Assembly (NCBI GenBank): GCA_040954595.2
Contig: CM082596.2
Coordinates: 966,736 to 1,030,735, forward strand
Direction of reading: 5' to 3'
DNA from: Balanoglossus misakiensis
Taxonomy: Eukaryota; Animalia; Hemichordata
Length of the DNA stretch: 64,000 bases
Every line of letters starts with the position of its first letter. Position 1 is the first letter of the stretch. The translations under genes were made by a program, and so were the position numbers. Of the stretch, positions 15,012-27,387 are shown piece by piece. The notes below the pieces were generated by a model. It saw nothing but the letters and a program-made list of their open reading frames with translations. It did no database searches and was not told where the DNA came from.

Positions 15012-16165
15012 AGTGGAACGTTGTGATCCGTTTTTGAGCCAATTCTGCGAAATGCGATTAAAAAGTACTATGAAAAACGTTGGTTTCATTCACTTTCACT
15101 TACGCATAACAGAGCTACAGCCACCCAAAAACTGCGCGAACCCGGAAGTGAGTGACGTCAACAACTTGTGGTACCGTTGTCCGCTGCCGACGCGTTGGAG
15201 CGAGCTTATGCTTATACACGCCTGCACTCACGCGACCGACGACGTTAGCATGGCAACATATTCTCGGGTAGTAGGCTACAATTTTGAACCAGAGATTCCC
15301 TTCTACGACCAAGCGACTGAATTTTACAGAGGACAAAAGTTCATGCAGTTCTGATCTCCGATGTGTCCCGTTTGTCAAGGCTTACACTTGGTGTGGTTTC
15401 AGTGAAACCATAGACCCTAGAGTCTATGGTGAAACAGACAATGCTGTTAACAATACCCTCCCTTGTTGTCTCTCCCTCGTTGTCACCTTTACGAACCACT
15501 TTTCTTACAAAAATACTTAGTCACCTTTTATGGAGTTGAAAAGAACGCAGGTGCATCGTCCTGCTCTCCAGGTGTAGTACGTCCGTAGTATAATGGAAGC
15601 CAATACTATAGTTATTGTATGCATGTTTCGTCTCTTGAAATGTATTAAAACTGCCCTTTTTAGTTGCTTTCATTTGATAACTATGCGATCGTCAATAAAT
15701 GGAAATTAAACCCAAATACGTGTACCAAAAAACGTGCAGGAAGGATTTAAAACGGTACGTTTATTATTATCAGCGGCAGTTAGAACAACTTTGTATAGGC
15801 CTTACGGTTTGTTCATAAACGTCGACATGCATGGCATCATGGACATTGCAGGGTCTATGTCTGCACGCATCGACAAATACAATACACGAAGAGCATTGCC
15901 TTTGAAAGAAACTTATCCCCGTCGATTTTCCGAATATGTTTTTAAAATCATGAACTTGACATTTCGCCATGTCAGATCCGCGCAAAATGTGTCTGTTTAT
16001 TGGAAATGACACGTCGAACGTGTAAGTTGCTGACGTCACTGTAGTATTTTCAACGCGCGTCTTCTGCTTGCGCAGGAAGTGAAAGTGAATTAACCCATCG
16101 GAACGTTGCCGTTTTTGACACCCGGTTTGTACTTTGAAGCCCAAAATTGAGGGTGTCGTTCCACT
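15012..16165. mobile_element. Non-autonomous Kolobok-like DNA transposon (~1.15 kb) in a TTAA site
   Basis: TTAA|AGTGGAACG at 15008-15020 and CGTTCCACT|TTAA at 16157-16169 give a 9-bp terminal inverted repeat, a TTAA duplication and RR...YY termini. An internal degenerate frame MATYSRVVGYNFEPE resembles the PYxFEP start of KolX proteins. Confidence 0.6.
15409..15428. mobile_element. Ultra-short palindromic insertion (CATAGAC...GTCTATG) with 7-bp target-site duplication
   Basis: gtgaaac|catagaccctagagtctatg|gtgaaac: direct repeats at 15402-15408 and 15429-15435 flank a 20-bp segment with 7-bp inverted ends. Confidence 0.65.
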
Positions 16166-17175
16166 TTAACGTTTCATGCGTCACTATTGTCATATCAAAG
16201 AGTCAATACAACTTGTACAGCAGCTGTTGGCGCGGTAAAAATGTATAAAATGTTCTTTTGACGATATATGTTGGTCGAGCACCAAAAGCAAAAATTGTAC
16301 CCAAATCGAGTGTATAGCTGACTACGGTGGGGGTTATTGTTATTACATTATATCAAACATTGATTTTGTGGCATAACAGTGTCATTTTCTTAACAAAACA
16401 GCATCAAAAGTGGAATATTTGAATACTATTGAATACTCATAAATAACAGGTAAACGATTGATGCTTTGATAACAGCACAGATGGATCCCAGATCTCAAAC
16501 ACCATTTCCGGCATGACTGATTTTGCCAAAACCTTTTTTGGTATTATGATCTGATGAGGATGAAAACCGCTCAAAGGAATATTTTGAATCAGATTACAAG
16601 AAATTACTCAAATTAATTTTTCAAGGTTCTGTCGTATCTCCATAGATTGCAATCATACTGATATGTACTTTATATAATCAAGTAGACAAAAAATGATTAC
16701 TGGATATTAAATATTTGCGGCAACTCCCCTAAAATGGCCACAACAATAATTTTAAAGACATCTCTTTGCAATTATATGCAAAGTAAACTGCGAAAAACAC
16801 TGCATGGTAAATAAATTTGTCAGTACTCAAGAAGTTTAGAAATGAGCCCACGGATCACGGTGCATGGTCACTAAAAAAATCACTCTTGCATGTCAAAAAG
16901 GTGTTATCATTTGATCATTACTAATGAGAAATTATTCTAACAAATGCAGGAAATTCACTCAAAACCACACAATACGTCCACTTGATGTATAGACGACCTT
17001 CGAACGCCAACTATCAGTATTAATTTCTATCCGTCATGCGTCTAAATATTATCTACATAAATCACATTGAAAGTCTCTAAATACGACAAAAGGATAAATT
17101 TAGAACTAATAGAAGCCGCACTTTTTCACATTTCACAACAACGTGCACTTTCCACAAGATAGAGATTCAATCGAC

Positions 17176-17216
17176 CACACACACACACACACACACGCAT
17201 ACACACACGCATACAC

Positions 17217-17235
<19 letters not shown>
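17176..17235. repeat. (CA)n microsatellite
   Basis: About 60 bp of interrupted CA dinucleotide repeat. Confidence 0.95.
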
Positions 17236-17247
<12 letters not shown>

Positions 17248-20200
17248 TGCACACAAACAAACAATATGAGAGTGTGGTGCATATGTGCAGTTTGCGTGTC
17301 TGTATATTTTTACTGAACTATACCAGAATGGATCTAAAATAACCAACGAATGCCTACAAATTTAGATTTTCAAATCACCTTTCGTAACGATTCTTACAGA
17401 TCACTGTCGATCAGTCACGTTTTCCAAATAATCACAGAGCGTACAAAATCAATCAGTAATATTGACTTACCGAAATTGCCAGTCATGGATGATAAGTGTT
17501 GATGTTGTTGAACAGCAAGTAATGATATTTGGTGATGAAGACTCCGAGCGACAATTGCAGATCTACGATGTGCCGAGCGCTAAAATGGAATTGCATAAGA
17601 ACACGTCATGGATAAATTATGCCGCATCAGGTATGGTCAATTTGAGTCTATGAATGTCAGCGTTGACAATTTACATAAAACGAGGTAAACCCCAACCTGG
17701 GGAATATACTGTCTGTTGAGGATGACGATCAACAACCGTCAAATGTGTAGCGTGTATACACTTTGGTAATAACACCGAACAATTAGTTGTGGAGCGGTGA
17801 CTGTGATACCCATAGCTGCGAGGTGTGATGAGAATGGGCAACTATTGCAATACACAGCGTGACATATGGACATTATAAAAATATTGTGTTTATCAGCGAA
17901 GCGAAAATGGAGCACATGTTATCGAAAATAACACAGTGGGGGCAAACTGTGGGGTAGTGATCGTTTTAGTTCATTGCCTGTCCTAGATTTTTTAAGAGAT
18001 TCAACATTGTAGTGTTGGTGAAATCTCGATTAAGCTAACGATGGTCTGGCTGCATTTATGATCATGTGATGTTCTTTCAGAAACCACTTTATTTGATTAG
18101 ATGTAGCTCATGTTTCTGTTGCGTTTCCGAGCTGTCACAAACCGCACTGACATTTTAAAAAAACATTAAAAGGTGAAACACTGAATCATGTAAAACTCTC
18201 AGTTTTGTCTATGGAAGAAGTGTGATGCCTACTGTTGCGAAAGATGTTTTCACAGTCTTGCGTCATAAACACAGCGCGATACTTGGATCTCTATTCATAT
18301 GGCGCCCTCTATCAGTAGTATAAGAGTATAGTACGTGGCAACCAGCTGCGAAAAACTTGGTAAAATGTATTGAACAAAAAAGTTCAATAGCCAGTGTCCC
18401 TTTAAGGCTATTTAATTTGATTCCTTGCCGATATTTATACATGTTGCTTGGTTTGTAAATGAAAGTTTGAAATGTTCCTACAAGGTTGTTTTCAGAATGA
18501 CCTAGTCTGCATAGAATTAAGTGATGTAAACTAACCAAAACACATTATATTTGAATTTAAAATTATAAATCCATTATGATAAAAAATTGAATAAGACATA
18601 AAATTGGAATAATGATTAAAGTGAAGCAGCATTCATGCCGTTTATTCTAGTTTCCAATTTATCCATTTGTCTAATACGCGTGATTATAGAAATGTATTGA
18701 ACTGTAGTGAATATACGTAATAGAATTATTTTCCAGTGCTAATGAGTAAAAGTAATATGCTTATTGTAGATGGCATGCAGATTATACATTTCAATAGTAA
18801 AATATTGGATTTTTCTATGCATATACATTTATTTGTAGACCATTACACCACTTGCTTAAACGACAAACATATGGTCTTTATCATATGGTCGCAAACACGT
18901 CCACGTTTTCAAAAGAATACAAATTGATATGGAAATACACCAAATGGGAATTTTGATTAACAAATTAAAAATACTTCGAAAACGATTAGCAGATGACGTG
19001 GATGAAAACTTTCTGGTCAATAGGAAAATGAATTAGATTTACGATCATGTGAGGCGTAAACAAGAGATCTAACTGATGACGATGGATGTTGATACAAAAA
19101 GCATGAAATTACAGCCTTCGAGTGTGATATATTGGTTTGTCATACTGTTCAGGAACAGTCTACTTTGCCCGGGGGGGGGGGGGGGGTTGCTGGACTGTCC
19201 GTGAACTTTGATGGTGATGCATCGCTCTAGCCACTGGGCCAAGGTGCCTCCTATTCACCTGCCAGTGTCAGTTAAGAGTGAAAGTGTTTTTTGTATTGGA
19301 CAAAACTAGCGACTGAAACTATTTTCTAATAATTCTGAAGCGTATAGAAATACAAAATGTCATAATTATTACAATTATAGCTTATAGCAATAAGACATTC
19401 GCTATTTTCACTGTAATTGTATTCATTATCAGTGAACTGTATGGAGATAATGAAGGTGGATTTTCAATACCATAGCGACAATACAACATAAATTGAGTAT
19501 AATAAAATTTCATATTAATGTTTTGTAAAGCATCCTACGGTTTTCAATCAACATAATTTTTCAATTGGCACTTTTAATGTTTATGAGGTCGCCATGACAT
19601 TGCACTGAGAAACAACAATGTCTCCCATGAGCACAATATTCGGTACATACTGTAAAACGGGTAGGAAATTTTCGCGATATCAAAGGAGGCAACTGTTACG
19701 CGAGTATTAATTTGGCTCAACGTTATCTCCGAAAAACATTTTACGTGACTCTTTATTTTCACATTTTTTGGCTCTCGCGTATTTCACGAAAACAATGCAC
19801 AAGATTCACTGATCGATCTCGTGTTTGAGAAGAGGTGCAGACAATGTGATTGCTTGCATGATGACATTTTCAATTTTTTTTTACATTTATGCTTTATTTT
19901 GTTATTCAAACTGCCAAACATATATTTAATCTATGTTATCATGCATTCCATTCATAAATAAACAAGCAAATATCAAAAGAAAATCGGATACTTGGCTCCA
20001 TATGGCTAATCCTCAGTGATATTTTTTCTGGCAGTATAAACAGCATTGCCCTGAAGGTTAAGCTGTTGTGTAACCACTCCATACAGACATTAGTGTTTTG
20101 ATGACGTCATTCAGGGTTAATCCCGCAGTTGCATTGTAATCCAGTAAAATCTGATCTATATCTTCAGTCATTCTAATGACAGATACAAATTCAATTATTT

Positions 20201-20403
20201 GATTCCCTACATAAATTTGCATAAAAATCGATTCAAAGTAATGATGGGGTGCAATCATTCAGTCACGTGAGGGCGCTCTGCGACATTTGTCGCCTGAACA
20301 AGGCCATGCCACGTGTTACAGCTCATTCATTTCACGAAAGAACGTAAATTTCACGGGGGGGGGGGGGGGGGTATGCGCGACGCCATTTGCTTTACAATGG
20401 CTC

Positions 20404-20744
20404 CAATTAAAATTGTACCTAATGTTAAGCCGAAACCTTTCTCATTTCTCACACAAATCTTGGAATATTTTGCAGCTTTTCAATAATATACTTATACTAA
20501 GTTTGAAAAAATATGCTTACCGTGCACGCTGGGCGTTATGTTAGGCTCCTAACATCTCCAACACACCTGTAGGACAATTAAGATTGTACCTAATGTTAAA
20601 CCGAAACCTTTCTCATTTCTCACACAATCTTGGAATATTTTGCAGCTTTTCAATAATATACTTATACTAAAGTTAGGAAAAAGCTTACCGTGCACGCGGG
20701 GCCTTGAGTTAGGCTCCTAACATCTCCAACACACCTGTTGGACA
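20404..20744. repeat. Diverged tandem duplication, 2 x ~170 bp
   Basis: caattaa(a/g)attgtacctaatgttaa...gaaacctttctcatttctcacac...ttaggctcctaacatctccaacacacctgt(a/t)ggaca occurs at ~20404 and ~20575, just after a poly-G run at 20355-20371. Confidence 0.9.
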
Positions 20745-21913
20745 CCCGTTGTACACGTGTGGGGGTTCCAGGCCGTTCTCCTAGAAAAGATATTAAATGT
20801 TGAGCTGTTGTGTGCTTTCTTTGCTGGCGGTCACAGTAGCATACTGCCATTATGGTTGCTTTTGGGGGAGGGCGAATAATGTTGGAACGGGACGACTAGA
20901 TATAGGTCAACATCGTCCTTCAACATGTCTACTCGAGAACAGTGAGCGACCTACTTTCTTCATGACACGACTATATTTACATACCCCTAAATTCCGCAGG
21001 GATTTTTCACACTTCCAGGCAAATTTCACAAAATTCCTCTGTTCGTCCTTGGTAGCTGTGATTCCAACAGCGTCACACACAAAAAGGTCCATTCTGCTAG
21101 TCTCCGGGTGTTTTACAAGGCGAGAAATAACGAAACCTACAAAATGTAGGTACAGCAGTTAGCAGACGACAGTCTGAGCAACAGCACGCGCTACCTATGA
21201 CGTCATCTGGTAGCGCCCTCTATAAGCAGAATTTCTGTACACTTTTGTTTTGTCTTGATTACTTTAGCAAGGAAAATGCAGGAATTAGCCAATATTAACG
21301 AGACTTCTATCGAATATTCCATGAAATATTCAGATATACTGTCTTATTAAACTTTCATCACATGGTTTTATCACAACAGGAAATGAGAAATAAAAGACAA
21401 GTATTCATTCTTCAAAATAAACCATATATATAATCGTATGGCCATTTTTATTACAAAAATTAAAAAGCCAACAAGAATAACTATGTAAAAGGCTGCAAAG
21501 ATCTATCACACAACCAAGTAAGCTTGCAAGTGTGTGAGCTATCAAAATATAAATGTACATTTATAAGTCATGCAGATGGAATTCAAACCTACCCTAATTC
21601 AAACCCCTTGACTCTAAACTTTTCTGGGCTATGAATGGAAGAGGGTTTTTAAATGGAATTCCCCAATCATGTACTAAATAAAGTGGTCCAAAAAGACAAA
21701 ATCTGCAGACCACTGCCCATTTATGAATACTCAATCATACTGCCAGATTTTCCATTCTCACGATTTCTGAGCATTACAAGCTTTTGTGACATCACAGACA
21801 TTTCAATCTTCACTGCAAAGAAAAGGAGTGTTCATGTTCAACTCTGTATTCAGCCATTCTGCGTGAGGTCATCACCATTCATGGAATATCAGGTTCACAT
21901 TAGTTGTTCACAA

Positions 21914-24900
21914 CTATCCAGTTTCATCTTCAATGCCACAATGGATCAGTTTTTCAAGCCTCTCTGCACATCTACTTCTGGCCTTTTCTAAGTCATGCTG
22001 CAATAGAAGAAAACATAAAGTGATGACAGGGAAAACATAAAGTGATGACAAGGTAAACATAAAGTGATGACAGGGAAAACCACGATGGTGGAAAAGTTAA
22101 ACTTCCAAAGACAAATTGTCACAACTCTTACCTGAAGTATGTGCAAGCCTTTCAAAGACACCACAGCCAACTCCGAGATACCATCATTGGTCAGATCCAA
22201 ATACTGCATTGCTAACACAGAATAAGGAAATTTCCTCCTCCACACCATTTTGTATTCACCTTCCAACTCTGTGAGAGATGACGCACCACTACCACTTTCT
22301 GTTTGTCCTTCACTCAGTGGTGAAACAGACAATGCTTCCTCCTCCTGTTTGTTGGCTTTGATGAATTTGTACACAAGTAACTCCTGCAAAGTGGTAGATA
22401 ACATAATAAATGGCAGATCACCATTATCTACTGGCACAATCCACTGACTTCATAAACATTAACTTCTACTGAATAACATGAAAACATCTCACATCATAAC
22501 AGACAGATGCAACAGTAAGAAGAAAATAATAATCATGTAGATGGCACTAACCTGTCCATATGCACCTAAGAGGATTTCTTTACTGCCATCCCAGTCTATA
22601 TCTCCTAAACATGTACAGATGATACCATGGAACTTCTCACTGCCATGTAACACATACTGCTGACGTAAACCATACTTGACAACATTTCTGTGAATAAATT
22701 GTAACTTTATCAACATCAATCTTCACACCAAAGCAAATGTTTCTTCTATTACAAATGACAATGCAAGGAGACAATTGTACTAATCATTACATCAGACTGA
22801 AGAACATTATTCTCTGAAAGTTTTCAAACCACTAACCGGTAAATGACAGCTGGCTCCACTGCAAGGGACAGCAGAAGATGATAATCTTTTTCTTCATGGT
22901 CTGTCTGATGTGTGTTTTGGGATTTCACTGAAAATCCTTCAATACATGGCAAGTCGATGTTATCTTCACTGCAAAAGACTCGAATTGATGTGATAGCTCC
23001 ATCGTGTTGTCCATTGCAGTATCTTATTACTTCTGTAAGAGGATAAGTTCATCAAATGTAAGATTAACTATACAATAAAATTGTTTCATTGGATTCTGTT
23101 TATGTTTTGCTGACAACAGATGTCTCTTTTAGTATTTGACCAATAATGTTTTACTTGATGCATCCTAGAACTTTGCAGAGCAGAGTTTAATCACAGAATT
23201 TTCACACACTTACCCAGATTTTTCGGATTGACGCTGGACAACATAAAATACCCATTTTCACACCCAACTGCTGTCAGCCTTTTTTCACTGCTGATATTAT
23301 TGACATCAATCCAAAGGACACTGGGAAAGATATCATGATACAACTCATTACTTCAAGCAAACATTTTAGAGCTTGAAATGTAGAACAACCTGGTCTTTAC
23401 ACAGCTTTGAGTTTCTCCCAGTAACAATTCAAAACTGCTGTTCTAGGACTATTATATGTACAGAGTTTTTGAACTAATTAAAATTACTACTACACCATGT
23501 TGTGGAATACTTACTTGCTTGGAAGATCTTTGAATTCAGGGAAGTAATCTTCACATGCTATTGTAACAAATCTATGCATTGCCAATATCCTGTCCTAAAA
23601 CATATAAAAGTAAATTCAACTTAAAATTATCTTGTGAATGACCCGAAAAGAAGTTAAAGGATTATGTACTCAAAATTCACATGTAATATATAATGATGAA
23701 AATACAAGAAAGTCTTGCCTCCTTGAAGACATGAACTTGACGGTCTCCTCCACTGAGTAAGAAAACTGTCTCCCAAGCACCACCACAGAAAACTCTGAAA
23801 AAGAAAATCAAAAGATCTATTGAAGGCCGCACAGTGGATGTAGATTTACATTTATTTGTCTGATATTCTTGCAAAGTGTATTAACTGTAATTTCTCCTTG
23901 TACACCATGAAGTTGTTACATGTTGAAAAGAGGTTTAATGTCCCTGTTCATATTTCTGTGGTAAATACTGAAACAATGGTTGATTGAGTTTGTGTCATAC
24001 TTACTCTGCATGGTACAAGTGATACGGAATAAAATTCAGCTCTAAATTAAAACAACCCTCTGCAAAAAAGGTAACCAAAATTATCATTATTTCACATAAA
24101 AAGAACAGCAGATGTCTCTGGTTTATACACATTTAAATGAAATACTTTTGCAGTGTTAATAGGTAGACCTGCTCATCTGCAGACCAGATGTCTACTAAAA
24201 AATCTCATGTAGGATGTGTATTTTTGGAACATCTACATTAAAACTTACGTGCAATACTGTCCAGATTATACTCAGATCCAGCTTCCCATGGTGAATAAAT
24301 ATTTAAAAACTGCGTTGGGTTATTACCAGCATCCTGTGAATAACAACAGAAGGAGTCAAGCAAAGGGAACTAGTTTCAACTCAACAGATTCTGAAAATGT
24401 GATTATGGCAGACCTTGGCAACTCTGTGATCCAGTCTATTATTATAAAAATTTAAGTTAATTTACTTAATGCACTTCAATTTAAAGGAAATAGTAATGGG
24501 TAAAAAATGAATACAGCCTCCCTACTTTGATGAAGGTTATTCCAACCACTAGTCCTGTACCAGGTGCAGACCTTGTGAATGCATCAATGGAGATGATCTC
24601 AGCATCACCTGAAAAAGGGAAGAATGCATGATCATAAATATCACTACTTCCTCAGATATGAAATATACTCGACATAAACGAGAACATTAGATATAAAACC
24701 CTTTAATGCCAGTATGGGACTCTCAGAAGTGAAAACCATACACACACACACACACACCCGTTGTTCTCTTACACTCGTAGCTTACCTGGGATGTAAGTAA
24801 AATGGACCTCCTTCACAGACGGTTTGAAGACACCTCGTTCTCTCTGATACTCTACACACACTATTTTACCTCGGAGAGACGCTACCAAAACCTTGATGCT

Positions 24901-25005
24901 ACCGTCAGGAAAAGTTATACTGGTCAAACCATAAACGTTACTTTGGGAAGAGAGATTATAGAAATGAGCTTCAGTTAATTCTATATCGTCTTCTAAGCTC
25001 GACAT
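21914..25005 (-). CDS. KPTN: Kaptin (KICSTOR complex subunit), 11 coding exons
   Basis: Exons 25005-24786, 24608-24526, 24333-24249, 24059-24005, 23794-23719, 23594-23515, 23320-23214, 23032-22837, 22687-22552, 22383-22132, 21997-21914. Motifs SQSNVYGL, VHFTYIPGDAEIISIDAF, LLSGGDRQVHVFKE, DIDWDGSKEILLGAYGQ and [25 protein letters not shown] match kaptin. Confidence 0.93.
22010..22080. repeat. Intronic minisatellite, ~3 x 21-22 bp (aaaacataaagtgatgacagg)
   Basis: Three consecutive copies inside the last KPTN intron. Confidence 0.85.
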
Positions 25006-25343
25006 GGTCGTAAACAGCGAACAGCGATGATGATCATCCAGAAGACGACGTTTGTTTTCATTCGTTTGTGTCAGGTGACAGTCCAGGTCAAATGAGGTCA
25101 GGTTAATTCAAGGTTTAGATTCGCTTCGGATTCGGTTTGGAATCACTGTCATTTCCTCGTTCCATGACATGTTACAGATAAAAAAGTTTTAAAACTTGCT
25201 TGTTCATATCATAATTCATCCTGTTTAGGGAAAAACACCACGTTATCTGTGCTCCCCGTCATCGAAGGAACGAAAGATCCATTTACTAAATTCAAAACTG
25301 ATGCGTATTCTGGTGGCGTTCCAAAGTACACCGAGAAAAGATC
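25006..25343. promoter_or_regulatory. KPTN/PNO1 bidirectional promoter
   Basis: Divergent ATGs 338 bp apart in CpG-retaining DNA. Contains GTCAGGTGAC (25070-25079) and AGGTCAaatgAGGTCA (25085-25100). Confidence 0.75.
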
Positions 25344-26766
25344 ATGGCGGAAGCGAAGGCACATGGGGACGAACTCGTCACTGTAAAAGATCGTACATCT
25401 GGCGGTGCCAAAGAGGAGGAGGGGTTTCAGAAGGTACCGAAGAAGAGTGATAGGAAACGGAAACACTGTGAAGATGTCGATATGGGCGAAGAGCCCGTGA
25501 AAAGGCCGAGTTTTCCTCCGTTGTCGGGCGAAAAACTGATCGTGAGTACACTTGTATTTTTTCACACGTGGGCTAAGGAGAGTTCACCTAACCCGTACTA
25601 TTATTTCGCTGGTGTTTTAATGTGTTAGGTTACAGCTGACGGGTATTGAAGCTTTGTGGTATGTTCATCACGACTTGTACGACGCGTCAGGGTGATGGAG
25701 CCCTGGGGGACCGTGGGGTGACCGAAGGGGTCATGCATATGGTTGCGAAATCCTCACCAATACGCCCTCAACGTCAAAGTACACAGTGTGCTGTTGTTTC
25801 GTTCGCTTATCAATTTCTTGTAAACAAATACTAATTATTGTTTTGATCCTCAAACAGGACGGTTCAAATGAAATGAGGAAGATTCCTGTCCCTGCCAACC
25901 GATATACACCACTAAAAGAAAATTGGATGAAAATTTTTACCCCAGTAGTTGAACATTTACAACTTCAAATTCGTTTTAATCTCCGGACAAGAAATGTTGA
26001 AATCAAGGTTAGTATAAATACTTTGAGAATGACATGCACTGGTGATGTTCATCTGACTTTTAAAATTGTTTTCATAAATTTAGCGCATGGTTTCATTTAT
26101 TTGCTAACTAGCTATTTCTTTTTTGCAGACTTCCAAAGCAACAAAAGATATAAGTGCACTACAAAAAGCAGCTGATTTTGTAAAGGCCTTTTGTCTGGGT
26201 TTTGAAGTTGAGGTAAGCCACAAGACATTTGTGATCTTAAAGACTATTGAAAGGCTTTAACAGAAATGAGTTGTGAGAAGTCTACTGTATTATTAAAATG
26301 ACTTGTCTCCCCTTGTTATGTTTCAGGATGCTTTGGCATTGGTCAGATTGGATGAATTATTTCTGGAATCTTTCGATATCACAGATGGTAAGCTCAATAT
26401 ATCCATAAAATGAACACTAAAAGTGGACATATTGATATGTTTGTTTTCCAACACAATCAGTATGATGTATATGATTATTCTAAAATTACTTTTGTTCATT
26501 TTATTGCAGTGAAACCTCTGAAAGGCGACCATCTATCCAGGGCCATCGGCAGAATTGCTGGCAAAGGCGGAAAGACAAAATTTACGATCGAGAATGGAAC
26601 CAAGACAAGAATTGTTTTAGCAGACAGCAAAATTCACATCCTAGGTTCATATCAAAATATGAAAATAGCAAGAACTGCTCTTTGTAATCTTATACTTGGA
26701 AGTCCTCCTTCAAAAGTCTACGGAAATATGAGATCTGTTGCTGCGAGATCGGCTGAGAGATTTTAA
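25344..26766 (+). CDS. PNO1: RNA-binding protein PNO1 (Dim2, partner of NOB1), 5 exons
   Basis: Exons 25344-25541, 25858-26007, 26130-26212, 26327-26387, 26509-26766. Motifs [28 protein letters not shown] and KH-domain [24 protein letters not shown]...[23 protein letters not shown]. Confidence 0.97.
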
Positions 26767-27387
26767 TTGCAAATGCAATGTATCACCGACTATCTGCTAC
26801 AAAATCTGACCAGGTTTTTGTGATATCTAATAACTTCAAACTATGTGCACAAACCTGTAACTTTTTGTTAAAGTTTTACGTGACATTTTACAAGTTTCTT
26901 TTTCTTTTGAAGATTACTTTCCTGAACGTAATAAATTTAAGCATTTGTCATGTAGTTCAAAATTGCTTATAATATTGTACATTATTTTATTGTTGAATTA
27001 AAAATCAGGAGTTGTGTTCCCAGATATAATGGTCTCTTTCATCATTTCTGCAGAGGGAAATCTAAAGAGGGAAATGGGGTAAAAGGGTTAAAACTACTGC
27101 AGGTGTTAGCCAAAAATCCACAGCTAACACATGATAGGTATTCAAGTGTATAGTATATTGTTTGTTTACATAAATGACACTGAGTTTGCATCTGAAACAC
27201 TGTTGCACATGTTGGTATTTCTACTGATTTATTAATTAACGAAAAGACAAAATAGGACACAAGTGTGTTCATGGCATTTTACATGTGTACCTGCTGTCTT
27301 GAATGTGTACGTGTGATCATCAAACACTAAAGTAAGAACGTCGCTGTGATATCAATTTTCTGGATAACTATCAAAATAAAAATGATC

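Noticed and set aside
22010-22080. Short direct-repeat arrays (also 28000-28131) as CRISPR-like
   Set aside because: Contiguous tandem units without unique spacers, inside eukaryotic genes, and no cas genes.
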